Assembly (NCBI GenBank): GCA_021613535.1
Contig: CP075497.1
Coordinates: 6,820,001-6,884,000 of the forward strand
Length of the DNA stretch: 64,000 nucleotides
Reading direction: 5' to 3'
From: Adineta vaga
Taxonomy: Eukaryota > Animalia > Rotifera
The notes beneath the pieces are model-generated. The model was not told where the DNA came from, did no database searches, and worked only from the letters and a program-made list of their open reading frames with translations. Below, one piece after another: positions 39,178 to 53,174 of this stretch. Both the position numbers and the translations under genes were made by a program. Within the stretch, counting starts at the first letter, position 1; every line of letters begins with the position of its first letter.

Positions 39178-40843
39178 ATGAATAGTATGTGAAAAGCTTT
39201 GAAAACATATCTTTTGAAATAGCCTCTTATTTTTTTACTAACAATTTAGATTCGAAAATTCCTGCTACTAAAGATGATAAATCATCAAATGGACATCATT
39301 TTACGGAATCCAATCAATCGGCATTTCGTCGAATTGCATCAATTAAATCTGAACCAACTGATAAAATCAATGAAAAGCCAACAAAAAATGGCACATCAAT
39401 ATCTTCAGATGATCTTCTTCTAAATAAAAATGCCATTCCTAATCCATTTCTTTCACCTCTTATTACATCATCATCTGATTTTCATTCTCATCTTGCTTTA
39501 CTACGTCCACTTCTTTCTCAAAGTTTACCATTTGTTCCACCACTAACTTCTTCTTCTTTTTGGCATACATTTCCATTTCTTCATCCATATTTATCCAACA
39601 TACGTCCTCCTCATGGACTTCTTCCACCTTCAATTCCTCAAATTCCATCATCATCAATTCAACCCAAAGCATCAACATCCGGAAATTCCAATAACAAAAA
39701 ATCTTCATCAGCTACACATTATCATCAATATACGATTACAAATAATAATGTTCTTGTACCATCTCCTGCAACATTAATCGATTTTATTCGACGACCAACA
39801 ACATCAAATGGTGATGGAAACAATTCTCATTCATCAACAAATAATACAACTAAATCAAAAAATGTCAAAAAATACAAATGTGATATATGTTCACGAGCAT
39901 TTTCAAGAAGTAATACATTAGTTACACATAAGGTAAATTCTTATCCAATCCGTTTCATTTTATTTTAACCAATACAATGTTTTATCGATTCTATTAGAAA
40001 AGAACACGCTTATGTTTTCCGTTTAAACTCATGTAGAAAGAATAGCAGAAAGAGAAACAATTTGTTTTCCTTCCACACATATTCTAATATCTTAGCACAT
40101 ATATATGTATGTTCGTTCAATATACTCTAAGAGAACGTTTGATGTAATCGTGACATATGTCCACTAACATTAGTGTGAACGTGTGTCGGCTCGTAACAAA
40201 CGTTTTGACAGATTAGCACCAATATTGATGACGATGATTGAAGAATAACTTATCTCAGTTTTCAAAAAAAAAAAACTTTTTTCTCATTTTCTAGCGTATT
40301 CATACAGGTGAAAAACCATTTGTATGTGATATATGTGATCGAGCATTTCGTCAACCAGGAAATCTTACACGGCATAAATTAACTCATACAGCAGCTAAAC
40401 CATATGCATGTGGAATTTGTTCGAAAGCATTTAATCGCGCATCAAATTTACATGCACATCAACGTACTCATTCATCAATGATGCCAATGACAATGAAACC
40501 AAGACCAATAACAGCAACAACAACATCATCATCCAATAATAACAATGGTCATACTTCTTACAAATGTAGTTTTTGTCATGAAGTATTTCAACATAAATTT
40601 GAACTTAATTTACACACGGCAGCATTGCATAGTACTGGTAAGTTGAATATTTATGAGAAATGAAACTATTCAAACAAAAATTATTTGATTTTAGAAATGA
40701 AATTATTTTCCAATAATAATCATGAAGAAGGTGAAGTCGATATTGATGATGATGATGATGAAATGGAAGACGAACAATCGTATGAAAAAGAAGACGAAAT
40801 GTCTGATGACAGCGAACAAAATATTGAATTACTCGAAGACTAA
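39178..40843 (+). CDS. C2H2 zinc-finger transcription factor (3 linked fingers + 1, acidic tail)
   Basis: YKCDICSRAFSRSNTLVTHK|RIHTGEKPFVCDICDRAFRQPGNLTRHKLTHTAAKPYACGICSKAFNRASNLHAHQRTH, a fourth finger YKCSFC...HTAALH, and a last exon with a poly-Asp/Glu tail. Confidence 0.9.
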
Positions 40844-41458
40844 CTTGTTCTTTTCTTTTTCTCATCCGGTTTTGTTGTCTTGTTTTTTTGTGTTCTATTG
40901 TACAAAGTAAAGAGAACTAAATAAATATATATATAAATATAGCATTGATGAATATATATTCGCATCTTTTTTTCCATTGGTTCTCTACTGAAATTAGCTT
41001 ATTGAGTGACAACTGACACATGTATTTGCTTATTGTTATCCATACTGGTTCTTATTTCAATGACATCAGTAAAAAGTCACATACTCATAACTGAACAACC
41101 GATTCTGAATACATGAGAAGGATTTTCATCATGGTCAGTTTGAATGAAAAGTAAATCCTGAGAATATTATAAATCATGTGCAAATATTATGTCTTACTAG
41201 TTTTCATTAATTATACTGTGTTACAGTTTGTTGCAATTGTTGATGAATATTTTATTTCTAGATGATAATATGGCCTGGTTGAACTTTTATCATTATTGTA
41301 ATTTTCTTCCTCTTTTTCACTTCGCACATTTTCTTTATTCACACTTAAAATATATCATCGAAATTCTAAATTTACTCTATAAAATATCACTCTGAAATTC
41401 TTTCCCGATAGACTATTTACCAAATATATTCGAAGCAATTTGTCTTGCATATTCTCAA

Positions 41459-42592
41459 ATGTTCATCAACATTATTTTCATATTTTCACTTGGAATTATA
41501 TCTAGTAGATCCATTCGAATACCATATATTCGAGATGCTTTGTTTCAATCTTTATCCATAGTAAATACGACCGAAATTACCAATAAAACATGTCATCAAT
41601 GTCTTTGCTAGTCGATATCGTCTTCATATCTTCTTCTCAACTGTTTACCAAATAATAATACATGTCTATTTTTTTCCAATTTTCCACGCAAATACCAACT
41701 ACTATCAATGAACAATACTCGTCTTTATTTTCTTCAAAACGTTTTTCCCAATGTCAGTCAATGTTGTATGTCTAATACAACTGATCTATTAAATAAACTT
41801 CTAACTATTATTCCAATCTATGGTAGAATACTTAATCCTCGTTGTCTTGTTTTTGATAATCATGGTTATTTAGTAACAATATCACTGATTGATTCAACAC
41901 TTGTACAATTTAATGCAACAGATATGACAATAATTGATCAAACAAATCTTTCATTTAATTCTTCAAAAACATTATCATATAATAATGGAAATTATTTTGT
42001 TGGATTTAGAGACAGAATTCTCGTTATTGACAGTGAGAATCTGACTGAAGTGAATAATATTACTTCAACAAATCTTATTGAAACACGTGATATGATGTTT
42101 CTTAACAATGGAAGAACATTAGTAGTTACATCAACAAACAATAAATATTTGTTATTTTTTAATCGATCTAGTATTATATCAACAGATTTCTATCCTGTTT
42201 ATGAACAATCAGTTAGTTACACATTTCCACATGGATTACTTGCTATTAATGATACATTTTTCTATGCAACATCATGGGCATATAATACAGTATATTCATA
42301 TTCTGCTATTTCAGGTAATAATCTATGGAAAGAAAGCCTTATTCTTGATGGAAGATCCATAAGTACATGGTCCTATGGTAGTCATATAACAATAGATGAC
42401 TGTGGTCGATTTTGGTATTCATTAGGTCCATCTGGTGTAGTAATCTATGATAAATATGGATCATTTCTTGGACTTTTAAGTTTTCCAAATTCAATGATCT
42501 TTGCTACAGTGATCACTGATAATTATATTATTTATCTATCAGATGAAAAACTTAATCGAACTATTCGAATCAATCCTAATATTCAATGTTGA
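41459..42592 (+). pseudogene. Secreted PAN/apple-like plus NHL-type beta-propeller gene with an in-frame TAG at codon 51
   Basis: ATG 41459 opens a signal peptide in frame with ORF 41708-42592. The Cys motif TCHQCLC*...LNCLPNNNTCLFF is broken by TAG 41609-41611. Propeller-like repeats follow (PRCLVFDNHG, PHGLLAIND, HITIDDCGRFW). Confidence 0.6.
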
Positions 42593-42986
42593 TCAACCGA
42601 ATGGAAGTAAATTTAAATCAAACTCTTGTAGTACAAAACAATTCGAAGGATTGAACAAACATGTGCAGACAGATTTATAAAATCTGAAATTGTTTGAATG
42701 TTTTGCATAAATGTATTGTTTACTGAACATGTAATAGTTTCCTTGAATTGTATTGTAATTATCAAAACAAGAGAATAGAAATGTGTGTTCAAAGGTCATT
42801 TGAGATTTATTTCTATTCTTTTTTGAATGTTTCAAGCTTAATTTATTCTTTAATCTTTTAGTAAACATACTTTTACATTCAAAGAATAGAGACATCATCA
42901 TCATCATAGAGAGATAAAGAACATTCTTTAGTTACTAAATTGTATTAAATAAGAAAGAAACATTTTTCTTTAGATCATCAGTTCAT

Positions 42987-43367
42987 ATGTTACAAATCAA
43001 TGAACGAATGTTAACTTTCAAACAAACAGTTTTTCTTTTAGTTAGTATCATTACGATACTTGCTTTGATTGCTATAGCTACTGGACTTTCTCCACTTTAT
43101 TGGCCTCATCCGAAAATATCACCAAAAGCAGGTAATAATGAAGAATTTTCTTTCGATAAATTTACGAAAACTGATCGATCTATTTTAGATAATTTATCAC
43201 GAACACTAACGACAAAAGTCACCAATGTATCAACGATAAAACCTCAATTGACTACTCGTCCTAAACCATTAACCAAGAAAACACTTCTCGTCACTCTTGT
43301 GAATAGTGTTACAACATTACCTACAACGACACGTCTGACTTCAACAAATACAACGAATGTTCATTAA
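42987..43367 (+). CDS. Small membrane-anchored Thr-rich (mucin-like) protein
   Basis: Hydrophobic VFLLVSIITILALIAIATGL followed by a Thr/Pro-rich tail. Probable in-frame 57-nt intron 43132-43188. Confidence 0.5.
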   Translation: MLQINERMLTFKQTVFLLVSIITILALIAIATGLSPLYWPHPKISPKAGNNEEFSFDKFTKTDRSILDNLSRTLTTKVTNVSTIKPQLTTRPKPLTKKTLLVTLVNSVTTLPTTTRLTSTNTTNVH

Positions 43368-44120
43368 TCAATCATTGCAAAATATGTTACTAAATTATTT
43401 AAATATTGTATTTGATGAAAATTGTACAAAAAATAGACTCGTTACCTTCTTATCTGATTTATGTGGAGTTCAATATTCCTTTTAATATCAATATAACATT
43501 AGATGTATGATTGACTTTTCGAAAGCTACATCGTAGTTGGAATAAATTTTCAACAAAAATAATATTTTAAAATCATCATAATAGAAATGTGGATTTCTTG
43601 TAAAAGTGTTTCTATATTTGCCTGTTAGCTTTTGATATATCTCAAGACAAAATATGAGATTATCAAAAAGATAGAAGTAACTATGAAGATATAGTTCAGT
43701 TTTTTCATTTTCCTCACGAATCAAATGTTGCAGTTCCTTGCATACGCATAGGATATTTCATTAAACTAATTTTAAAACGAATGTTTGTATTCAAAGAGAA
43801 ATATCGATGAATTTGCTTTGCCATTAGTTAATGAACTGCAAAGATCCGTAATGATTCCAACAACAAGTACATTTAGACTTTTCAGTGTATGTTGAGTAAC
43901 TATGTATGAGAAAGCAAAACTCTGTCTCGTGGATGAAGAACACAAATTTTGCTTCGTGGTTGTTCGCACTTAAAGTACATGTGCCGATTTAATAGAAAGC
44001 AGAACAGAGAAAAACAAAACATCATTCGCTGAAACTACTATAGTAATGACATAGCATGACACAGCTTTTTTTCTTGATAGATCGCAAAGATTCGATATTT
44101 CATTCGAAAATTATCCAACA

Positions 44121-45149
44121 ATGGTTAGTACATTCTCTAATTTATGCAACGATATTCTCATTGAACTCTTCTCATATTTTAATGTTCATGAAATATTTTA
44201 TTCTTTTTGTATACTCATTCCTTACCTACCAACTCTATTGAAAAAGGGTCATACTCAACTACACGTTCGTTCAAATAATTCTTATTTTATACGATGGATT
44301 TTGCCACATATTAATTTAACACAAGTCATTTCATTAAATGTTCCAACACGACCTTGCAATCCATCGATATTTAAATTTACTAATCTTCGTTCACTTGTAC
44401 TTCACGATGTTGATGATCCATTATTACTATTTGAAAAAAGTTCTGATTGGCCACCTTATCAACTTGAACATTTATCATTACATATTCGAAATTCTGATAT
44501 ACGAAATAAATCCTCAAATATTGGTACACGAGTACTTGAACATGCTTTTCAATTACGTCGATTAAAACATTTCGAATTTCATGAATCAAAATCAAGTTTA
44601 CGAATGGTAGAATTATTTGATGAGCTAAATTTTCCATCTACCTTTCATTCATCCAGTATTGAGCGATTAATTATCTCAATATACTGTCATTGGTTAACTT
44701 TACAATCGATTCTCTCATATCTACCTCATCTAGTACAATTTGAATTTCATTCAAGTTTTAGTTGTAGTCAAAATCTGTCGCCTGAATTACATTTTCCATA
44801 TGTTCGTAAACTTAATCTTCAAATTGATAGTTTACAAACAAATATTCTCAATGGAATCTTTCGAAATGCACCAAAACTTCGTTATTGTAAATTAGATTGT
44901 TCTGTTTGTTCATTTCAACAAGATCATATTCAATTATTACAAAGTAAAACTTGGCTTCATTTAATTAATACTTACACATCTCGACTGAAAACCTTAGATA
45001 TTGATATGAAATTTCGTTCAGATGATATTAGTGAGATGATGATTGAAATCGTAAAAGAAGATTTAAAAAGTCTTAATTTTGAAATAAGTTCTTGTTTAGA
45101 TAATGATTACTACTACTGGAAAATGTCTGGTGTTTTTAATAAAAAATGA
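44121..45149 (+). CDS. F-box / LRR-like protein
   Basis: N-terminal F-box-like FSNLCNDILIELFSYFNVHEIFYSF and LRR-like units (FTNLRSLVL, LEHLSL, LPHLVQFEF, APKLRYCKL). Intronless. Confidence 0.7.
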   Translation: MVSTFSNLCNDILIELFSYFNVHEIFYSFCILIPYLPTLLKKGHTQLHVRSNNSYFIRWILPHINLTQVISLNVPTRPCNPSIFKFTNLRSLVLHDVDDPLLLFEKSSDWPPYQLEHLSLHIRNSDIRNKSSNIGTRVLEHAFQLRRLKHFEFHESKSSLRMVELFDELNFPSTFHSSSIERLIISIYCHWLTLQSILSYLPHLVQFEFHSSFSCSQNLSPELHFPYVRKLNLQIDSLQTNILNGIFRNAPKLRYCKLDCSVCSFQQDHIQLLQSKTWLHLINTYTSRLKTLDIDMKFRSDDISEMMIEIVKEDLKSLNFEISSCLDNDYYYWKMSGVFNKK

Positions 45150-45284
45150 CAAAAAAAAAATTATAGAAACATCTATTTTAACAAAAAGATTCCTTCTTCC
45201 TATCATTCTATCGACTTTTCTCATAGGAACTAATTAAAAGACAGATGATCCGTTCTAACTATTGTACCCTATCTAGAATATCAT

Positions 45285-46868
45285 TCATCCAGAGGGAAAT
45301 ACTCCGCTATTCATGAAATCCACGAAAATCTCGAAATAAAATCTATTGTCTCGAAAATAGATACTATTTATATCTGCCAAATAAATTAACCGACAAAACT
45401 TTATTAAATCTACTTGTGGATTTTTCTCATTTGTTGGACGAATAAGTGATGACGAATTTGAATCAGGTGTTATCTTCGATATGATATGTTTTCTTTGTCC
45501 AGATTGATCACATAAGCATATGAAAATATTGTATGGAAATGGAAAGATTAATATGGGATCATATTCTCCACGAAGTAATGAAAGAGAAACTGATAAATAT
45601 TGTTGATTGTCATCTTCGTAATCAAGTGTTGAGAATGTACGTAGAATAAATGAATAACCAAAGACTGTTGTTTTGAAAACAGGTGAAATTAGAGAAAATG
45701 CTGAGCTGATATCATTGTGAGGTAAACTAAAAGGGAAAATTGCCGTTCCATCTGTATGCAATAAAATAATATCAATGAATGGATATGATTTCTTAACATC
45801 GACTAAATCTTTGAAAATATTGTCTTCTGCTTGGAGTTGTTTAGTCAGTTTTTCACTATCATCATTGATCATTTTCGCTGTCGTATTCATTTCTGAAATC
45901 AATTGATCGCAAGTAGTTTTTGTTTCATCATGTTTCGTTCTCAATTGTACACAATCGTTTAATAGAGTTTCTAGCTTTGGAAAGAGCCTATCCATGCTTT
46001 GATTGATAATAATTAATTCTTGATATTTATTGTCAGATAATTGTTTTCTGGAGTTGAAATATTGAATAATAAATTCTAATAAGAGAGTTTGATGTTTGGT
46101 ACATAAATAATGGGCTTTTACATCTAACCAGCCTACCTAATTATGAAAGAAAAGAAATCCTTTGAAAAAACTATACATTCTGTTCACCACTTACCACTTC
46201 ACCACAGCCAGGTAAATCACATCTCACACGTCGATATTCACACAGCTCTTTTCGATGTTCTTCTACACAGTTTACCGTCACAAAACACTTATGACAATCA
46301 ACACATTCAAACACTGCATGTTCTTTCTCTAAATGATCCTATCACAACAACAACAACAACAACACAACGATAGTATCAAATGAGCATCTGTGTACATTTA
46401 GGTAACATACGAGATAGTTTTGATATGATCCATTCCAAGAACATGCATAGCATTCGAGTTGAAGAGCGTTGAGTTCTCGTTCTGCACCTCGATCAGGATG
46501 AACCTATTCATCAACATTATTCATTGTGATGCAAATAGATGATTAATGATGGTCTTACTTGTCTTTGTGATAGGTGTGTGTCACAGAATTGACAAATGAA
46601 TGGTTGACTAGAAGAAGAAATAGCGTTGTGTATATTAGGAGTATATATTCGATTGAATAGAACGATTTGATTGTTACTTATTCGATAGTGTTGTTTTTGA
46701 ACACCATCTACACAATCGAATGCCACAGCATAGTAGTTGTGTAGGATATTGTAATAATAGTTGACATCGTTGACAGAATAGATGAACGTTGATTTGTTGA
46801 CGGTTACGAACTTGTATTCCACCAAATGATTCTTTCGTTTCGTTTAGTGGTGGAATACTTAGATTCAT
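45285..46868 (-). CDS. TRAF-like protein (degenerate RING, TRAF zinc finger, coiled coil, MATH), copy 1
   Basis: CQRC...CCGIRLCRWC, spliced zinc-finger exon ECVDCHKC...HRKELCEYRRVRCDLPGC, and MATH motifs SPVFKTTVFGYSF, YLSVSLSLLRGEYDPILIFPF, LCDQS. Confidence 0.88.
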
Positions 46869-48689
46869 TGTAGAATATGGATTAGCAACAGAAAGTTTAA
46901 GATTTTTAATGCATCTAGAAATTGACGTATATATTTATATAAGAAATATCCTGTTCAAAAAATGACTATTGTGTATAATTTTGTATGACTAATTTCAGTT
47001 TGTATGACAATAGACAATCGTAATTAGCATTATTCATACTACGCCCTTTATTATAGAGAATTAGTAATTTACTATATGAGCAATAGAATACCAATGAAAA
47101 ATAAATACATTCTTTCTATTTAAAGGATGACTCTTCTATTGATGTAAGTAATAAGCTTTGTTTTTCATGTTCATATTACTTCCAAAATCTATATAGCAAC
47201 AGCAGAATAGAAGCAATAATATGAGCAAATTCTGTTGTCTAATATTCATCCAATTGCAGCAAATGAGCTTTTTCTAGTTGTGTGTTAGTGGTTGAAACAG
47301 GAGGCCTTTATTTTCTTCAGTAAGTTTATAAAATGGCAGTTTTCTAGTATACCTTATTTAAAAGAAAATATTTTGATTGTACTATTCAGTAATCACAATT
47401 GAAATTTTACTGTCGACACCTATTTATTAATATCAAGAATGAAATGTAATTGGAAGGAACATGTATTCGATTTATGATTGGCAATTATATTTTGCATTGA
47501 TAGAAAAATGGCATAAACTCCTCGAGATTGAGTACTATTGCTTTATGAAACTTACTTTTCTGTTCCAAATTCCATCTGAAACTCTCGTAAATAAAACGAA
47601 TGGTCCATATTAAATGTATTCATTGCATTTTTTCAGTCTAGTCTCTCTGTACAGAATCTTATAAAAAAAGTGTAATTAACCGTGAACTAATGAAACTGCG
47701 ATATAGACATCAAAATACTTTCTAAATGTATATTTAATCACTTTCAAAAGATTTTATTATTGCGATTGTGAATCACAAGATATATACTATAATATGAAAA
47801 GGATAAATAAGTCATGCTTTATAAAAAGTTGAGAAGAAATTAGTCATCAAATTACGAGTTGTACTATTTCTTTTAAATAGTCAGAAAGATATTCAGATTT
47901 TTATTGAATTACTCATTTTGTTGATAGAGTGAAGTAATATAACGAGTGAACACGATTAGTCAGACTTAGGTCTCCTTCGAATGCATTGTAATTATACTCA
48001 CCTTGTACGGATAATATCACAACGTAAGATATCATATAGGAACCGATAAAAATGGTTATTCTAATCTGATAAATTAATAAACATAACTATCGAAAAATTT
48101 GTTTTTCGACGGCTAAAATAAAATCATTCGAACCATCCATAAAATTGTTATTTATTCGTTGGAACAACTCACTGACTTTTTCCAAATACTTGACAATGAG
48201 CTTGAATTTTGATGGAACAAATTGTTTTAATCATAACGTGTATCGAAGGACGCCAACCAATAATTACTTTCGAGATGCTTGGAAGAAATCATGTAATCAT
48301 GAACCAATTATAAAATACGTCACTTTCATTGCTTTTCTTGGTAACGACTTGTATACGTTTCTCTTCAAATATAAATTAAGTTCGACAGTATCATAGTTTA
48401 ATATTAAATATACCAATAGTTAGTTACTCCAGAAACCATTTCTCATGAATATTTTTTGTCACGATAGAATCTAAAGATTATACTTCATCCATACTCTTTT
48501 AATCGTTGATTTACTCTCTTATTCTCTGACTATAACCATAGAATATTTGTATATCGTTAAATTAGCAAGACAAATACACGATTGAATCGATATAGATAAA
48601 AATCATCTCTATAAAGAAGAAAACATACGCTATTTCCTTTGCCAGAATCATTATAAATGCGTATGTACTTTTTATATCTACTTCCCTTA

Positions 48690-51600
48690 GTTGGTTTTTT
48701 CCAACTTGATTAAATCAATAAGAAAATAAAAAGGGTGCCAAGGATGAATATGTTCATCGAAATTCCTGTTTTTGTTTGCACATTTTTATTCAATTACATT
48801 AATATGGACTGTTTTTTATATTGTACGATATTAAAATTATATACAATGCACATTGAATAGTTGAACAATAGAAAAGAGTTTTATTGCATTTTATAATGAG
48901 ACGATTCTAAAATTATTTCATATCCAATAGAAAATGAGATCTGATGCTTCGAGTTTGACTTTTATATTTCAGAGCTGTAAAAGTAAGTGTCGCTTTAAGT
49001 GAATACAGGTAGGTGAATAATAGTGGATTAAAGCAACTTTTCTCGATCAGTTTTGATTGTTCCAATATAAACTGCAATCGATATATTAAATAAATATTGA
49101 AATATTATACTTAATATTTGTGTTAGACAATTATTGACATCGAACTTTGAGGATTGTCAGATACAAAATATGGATGAATCACAGCGTTCGATAGATACAC
49201 TAATAATTCAACTGTCAACCAACTATTGAACACAATAATTTCAAATAGATTGTTCATACCATTTCATAATGTCCAATGGTACGAATAACACATGTTACAT
49301 TGATCTGAAACTTTAGATTTTTATTAATTCTAATGGCTTTTCATTTGTTATATGTTACACTATCGACGCTCGACTAGTTATGATTAATTATATTTTATTA
49401 ATATTTTTGTAGTGACGAATGGTTTATTCACGTGTTTCAAATGATAAAGTACACGATAAAACCAACAGGTGACTGACTAATCATGTATACTTGAAAACGT
49501 ATGCAATCCAAGAACAGATGATAAATGACATGTGATATACACATGTCTCTCAAAGTTTCTCAATATTTGAAATCGTGAGCACTGAAGAAAACAAAAGTCT
49601 AATATATATTCTCTTCATTATTCACTTTTATTAATTCTTGATTTTATTCTTACTTTAAATAAATGAGAACATCAGGTGACGTTTTTATTATAAGTATAGT
49701 ATTTAAATGTATCGAAGTCTCGTTTATTTTGATTCGTAAAACATTAAAAGATGGAAAGCACAATTAGGTACAGTAAAGTTATTTTCTAACACTTTTTCAA
49801 AAATTCAATAAACTAGCCAAAAGTGGCATTTCTTCTGCGTTGAGATAATCGAAAAACACTCTTATAAAAAAAGTATTGTCTTGTAAATAAATACTATTTG
49901 CACCAATCAGATTACTCAACAAGGAAAATTTCACTACATCCATTTCAGTATTCATCAAGCTGACTGGACGAACAAGTGATGACGAATTTGAATCAGGTGT
50001 TATCTTCGATATGATATGTTTTCGTTGTCCAGATTGATCACATAAGCATATGAAAATATTGTATGGAAATGGAAAGATTAATAAGGGATCATATTCTCCA
50101 CGAAGTAATGAAAGAGAAACTGATAAATATTGTTGATTGTCATCTTCGTAATCAAGTGTTGAGAATGTACGTAGAATAAATGAATAACCAAAGACTGTTG
50201 TTTTGAAAACAGGTGAAATTAGAGAAAATGCTGAGCTGATATCATTGTGAGGTAAACTAAAAGGAAATATCACAGCACCATTATGATTCATTATTGTACA
50301 ATTATGAGATTGAGGCGAAATAATATAATTAATGATTTCCATTTGACTATTTTGAAAACCTGGTTGAATACTAGCCAGCACTGGTTCTACTCCTCCATAT
50401 GACATAGAGTCAATGTTTTGAACAATAGCACCTGAGTTTCGATCTGTTTCACAAAATTGTTGATTGTTCGGGCCTGCATATTGAATATTGAAATCGATCA
50501 GTGATTTTTGATGCTTTTCCAACGAATCATGCATTTTTCTATCAGACCATTTTATCTGTATCATGCAAAAGCAGTCATCTTAGAAAACGATATGCTCTGT
50601 ATAATATCATCACTTACCACTTCACCACAGCCAGGTAAATCACATCTTACACGTCGATATTCACACAGCTCTTTTCGATGTTCTTCTACACAGTTTACCG
50701 TCACAAAACACTTATGACAATCAACACATTCAAACACTGCATGTTCTTTCTCTAAATGATTCTATCACAGCAACAACAACAACAACAACAAAGATAGTAT
50801 CAAATGAGCATCTGTGTACATTTAGGTAACATACGAGATAGTTTTGATATGATCCATTCCAAGAACATGCATAGCATTCGAGTTGAAGAGCGTTGAGTTC
50901 TCGTTCTGCACCTCGATCAGGATGAACCTATTCATCAACATTATTCATTGTGATGCAAATAGATGATTAATGATGGTCTTACTTGTCTTTGTGATAGGTG
51001 TGTGTCACAGAATTGACAAATGAATGGTTGACTAGAAGAAGAAATAGCGTTGTGTATATTAGGAGTATATATTCGATTGAATAGAACGATTTGATTGTTA
51101 CTTATTCGATAGTGTTGTTTTTGAACACCATCTACACAATCGAATGCCACAGCATAGTAGTTGTGTAGGATATTGTAATAATAGTTGACATCGTTGACAG
51201 AATAGATGAACGTTGATTTGTTGACGGTTGCGAACATTTGTACCGCCAAATAAATAATTGGGATTGACTAATGGCATTCTAGCTGTATCTCTGATGGTCT
51301 TGAAATCGTGCCTTAGAAAATTTTCTATAGATCTGTAAATGAACAGAGTACATTAAGATATCAAAGTTTTTTTGAACGATACTGAAAACATATGATCTGT
51401 GGTCATAGATAGCAATGGCTTTGATATATGAGCACAACCTTCAAATGTACTGATTCACCTTTAGCTCGCTCTACATTCTTGCACGTTCTTCAATGATTTG
51501 ATTTTCACGTCGTCACTGGGTTTTTTCCAACTTGAGCGAATCAAATAGATTATTGCAAAATACACTTTATTCGTAAAAGTATTGCATAGTTAAAAGCGTT

Positions 51601-52193
51601 TTCTCGGACATACATTGCTGTAATCACATTATTAAAATTATGTTCTTTTACTTTTCGACAGGATAAACTAAGAATTACTATACGATATCAATTCCGTTGG
51701 TCAAGAGTTGTAATTTTGATATGGCAGCTGAGACTGTCAAACTTTTCTCTTAATAACAAATATTTGACATTAACGAGATTCGACATTTGATTGAAATCAA
51801 GTATAAACAATACTCCTAGACGAATAATACTATAGAATGTAAAAATGTATTTTTGAATATTTGTAGATATGTGAGAACTGAGAATGAATGTACACCTTAA
51901 AATACCGAAAGTATGTATATTTCTCCTCACAACATCATAGATTTGACGATGTATGGAAAAAACATTTTATTTCAAATATTTATTATTATTTTAATAGAAA
52001 AATTCACTCTTCAATGGCCTAAACAATTCTTATTATTAATCTCAATAAAACGTAGCTTACCATATGTTAATTCAACTATTTTCACTCATTAAATGAGTGT
52101 TAGTGTATTTGTCTATTAAAGACTTCATTACGATTATTCATTGAAGGTGGTTTTTTCCAACCGATCTCCCACACATGGTTGGTTTTTTCCAAC
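48690..52193. promoter_or_regulatory. Four copies of the 13-mer GGTTTTTTCCAAC upstream of the TRAF-like genes
   Basis: Exact matches at 48693-48705, 51519-51531, 52149-52161 and 52181-52193. Confidence 0.5.
49797..51277 (-). CDS. TRAF-like protein, copy 2
   Basis: Starts MPLVNPNYLFGGTNVRNRQQINVHLFCQRC with the same exon structure and MATH motifs as copy 1. An upstream exon is possible. Confidence 0.88.
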
Positions 52194-53174
52194 ATGAGTA
52201 ATACAAAAACGAGAAGAACATCACCTTGCTGTATAGCGATATAATATTCATGATGCATATTTTCCCGTTTACTTTACGAATAGATATAATGTGTTACAAA
52301 AAAGTTATAAAAATGATGACAATAATTTCATATGCCAAAGCTCATCATATCTGCGACTTTACTAAAGACTAGAGAAAGATAAGACTCTTTAAATTTAAAA
52401 AACTTATACAATGAAAAGTCATCGAATCGGTTAGACTTCGTTTATCGTTGAATGACAAAATAAAATCAAAATTAGAACAGTCTTTTGTATTCTCCACTTG
52501 AAAATTCTTATGTCAGCAACTGATATCAACAATCATTTTGTTTAAAAATTATATTAAGAAATACTTACATATATTGTCATATATTGAGATAATTGCAGTA
52601 CAGCTCCATCTCTAAATGGCACCAGTACTTCTTATCTTTAGTTTATATTTCAGGCCTGCTATTATATAAAAATAGTATTTGGAGCAGCCATATGTCGCTT
52701 TCTTCAACGTTAGTGGTAATAAATCAAGTAGCGACAATCAAGCTTCTTTTTCTTATAGCACGTTAGTTAGTCGCCATTCATAAAAAAGAAATTCATTTTT
52801 CATGATGAGATTTTGTAGTGATTCTATACTTCTGTTTGATCGGATTATCATCTACATTTGATTCTTTCTCATTTCACGTACCTACGATACTCATTCCTAC
52901 CCACCCTCAATACCGCCCTTATTCTTTAGGTAAGCTATCATAAGAAAAAAATGAAGATGAAGAAATATCTTCGTTTGTATTAACACGTGTTTGTATCATT
53001 CTTATGTTCTTCACTTATTTTCATGTTTCTTATCCGATACGTTGTGTATAAACAATCGAAATGATAAGAGTAAAATGAAAAATGCAAGAGAGATATTTAG
53101 AATGATAAACAAACTAAAGAGTCCAGAGGTCACAGCTGCACTATTCTCTTTTGATTGTTTCAGTCTAATTTTAG

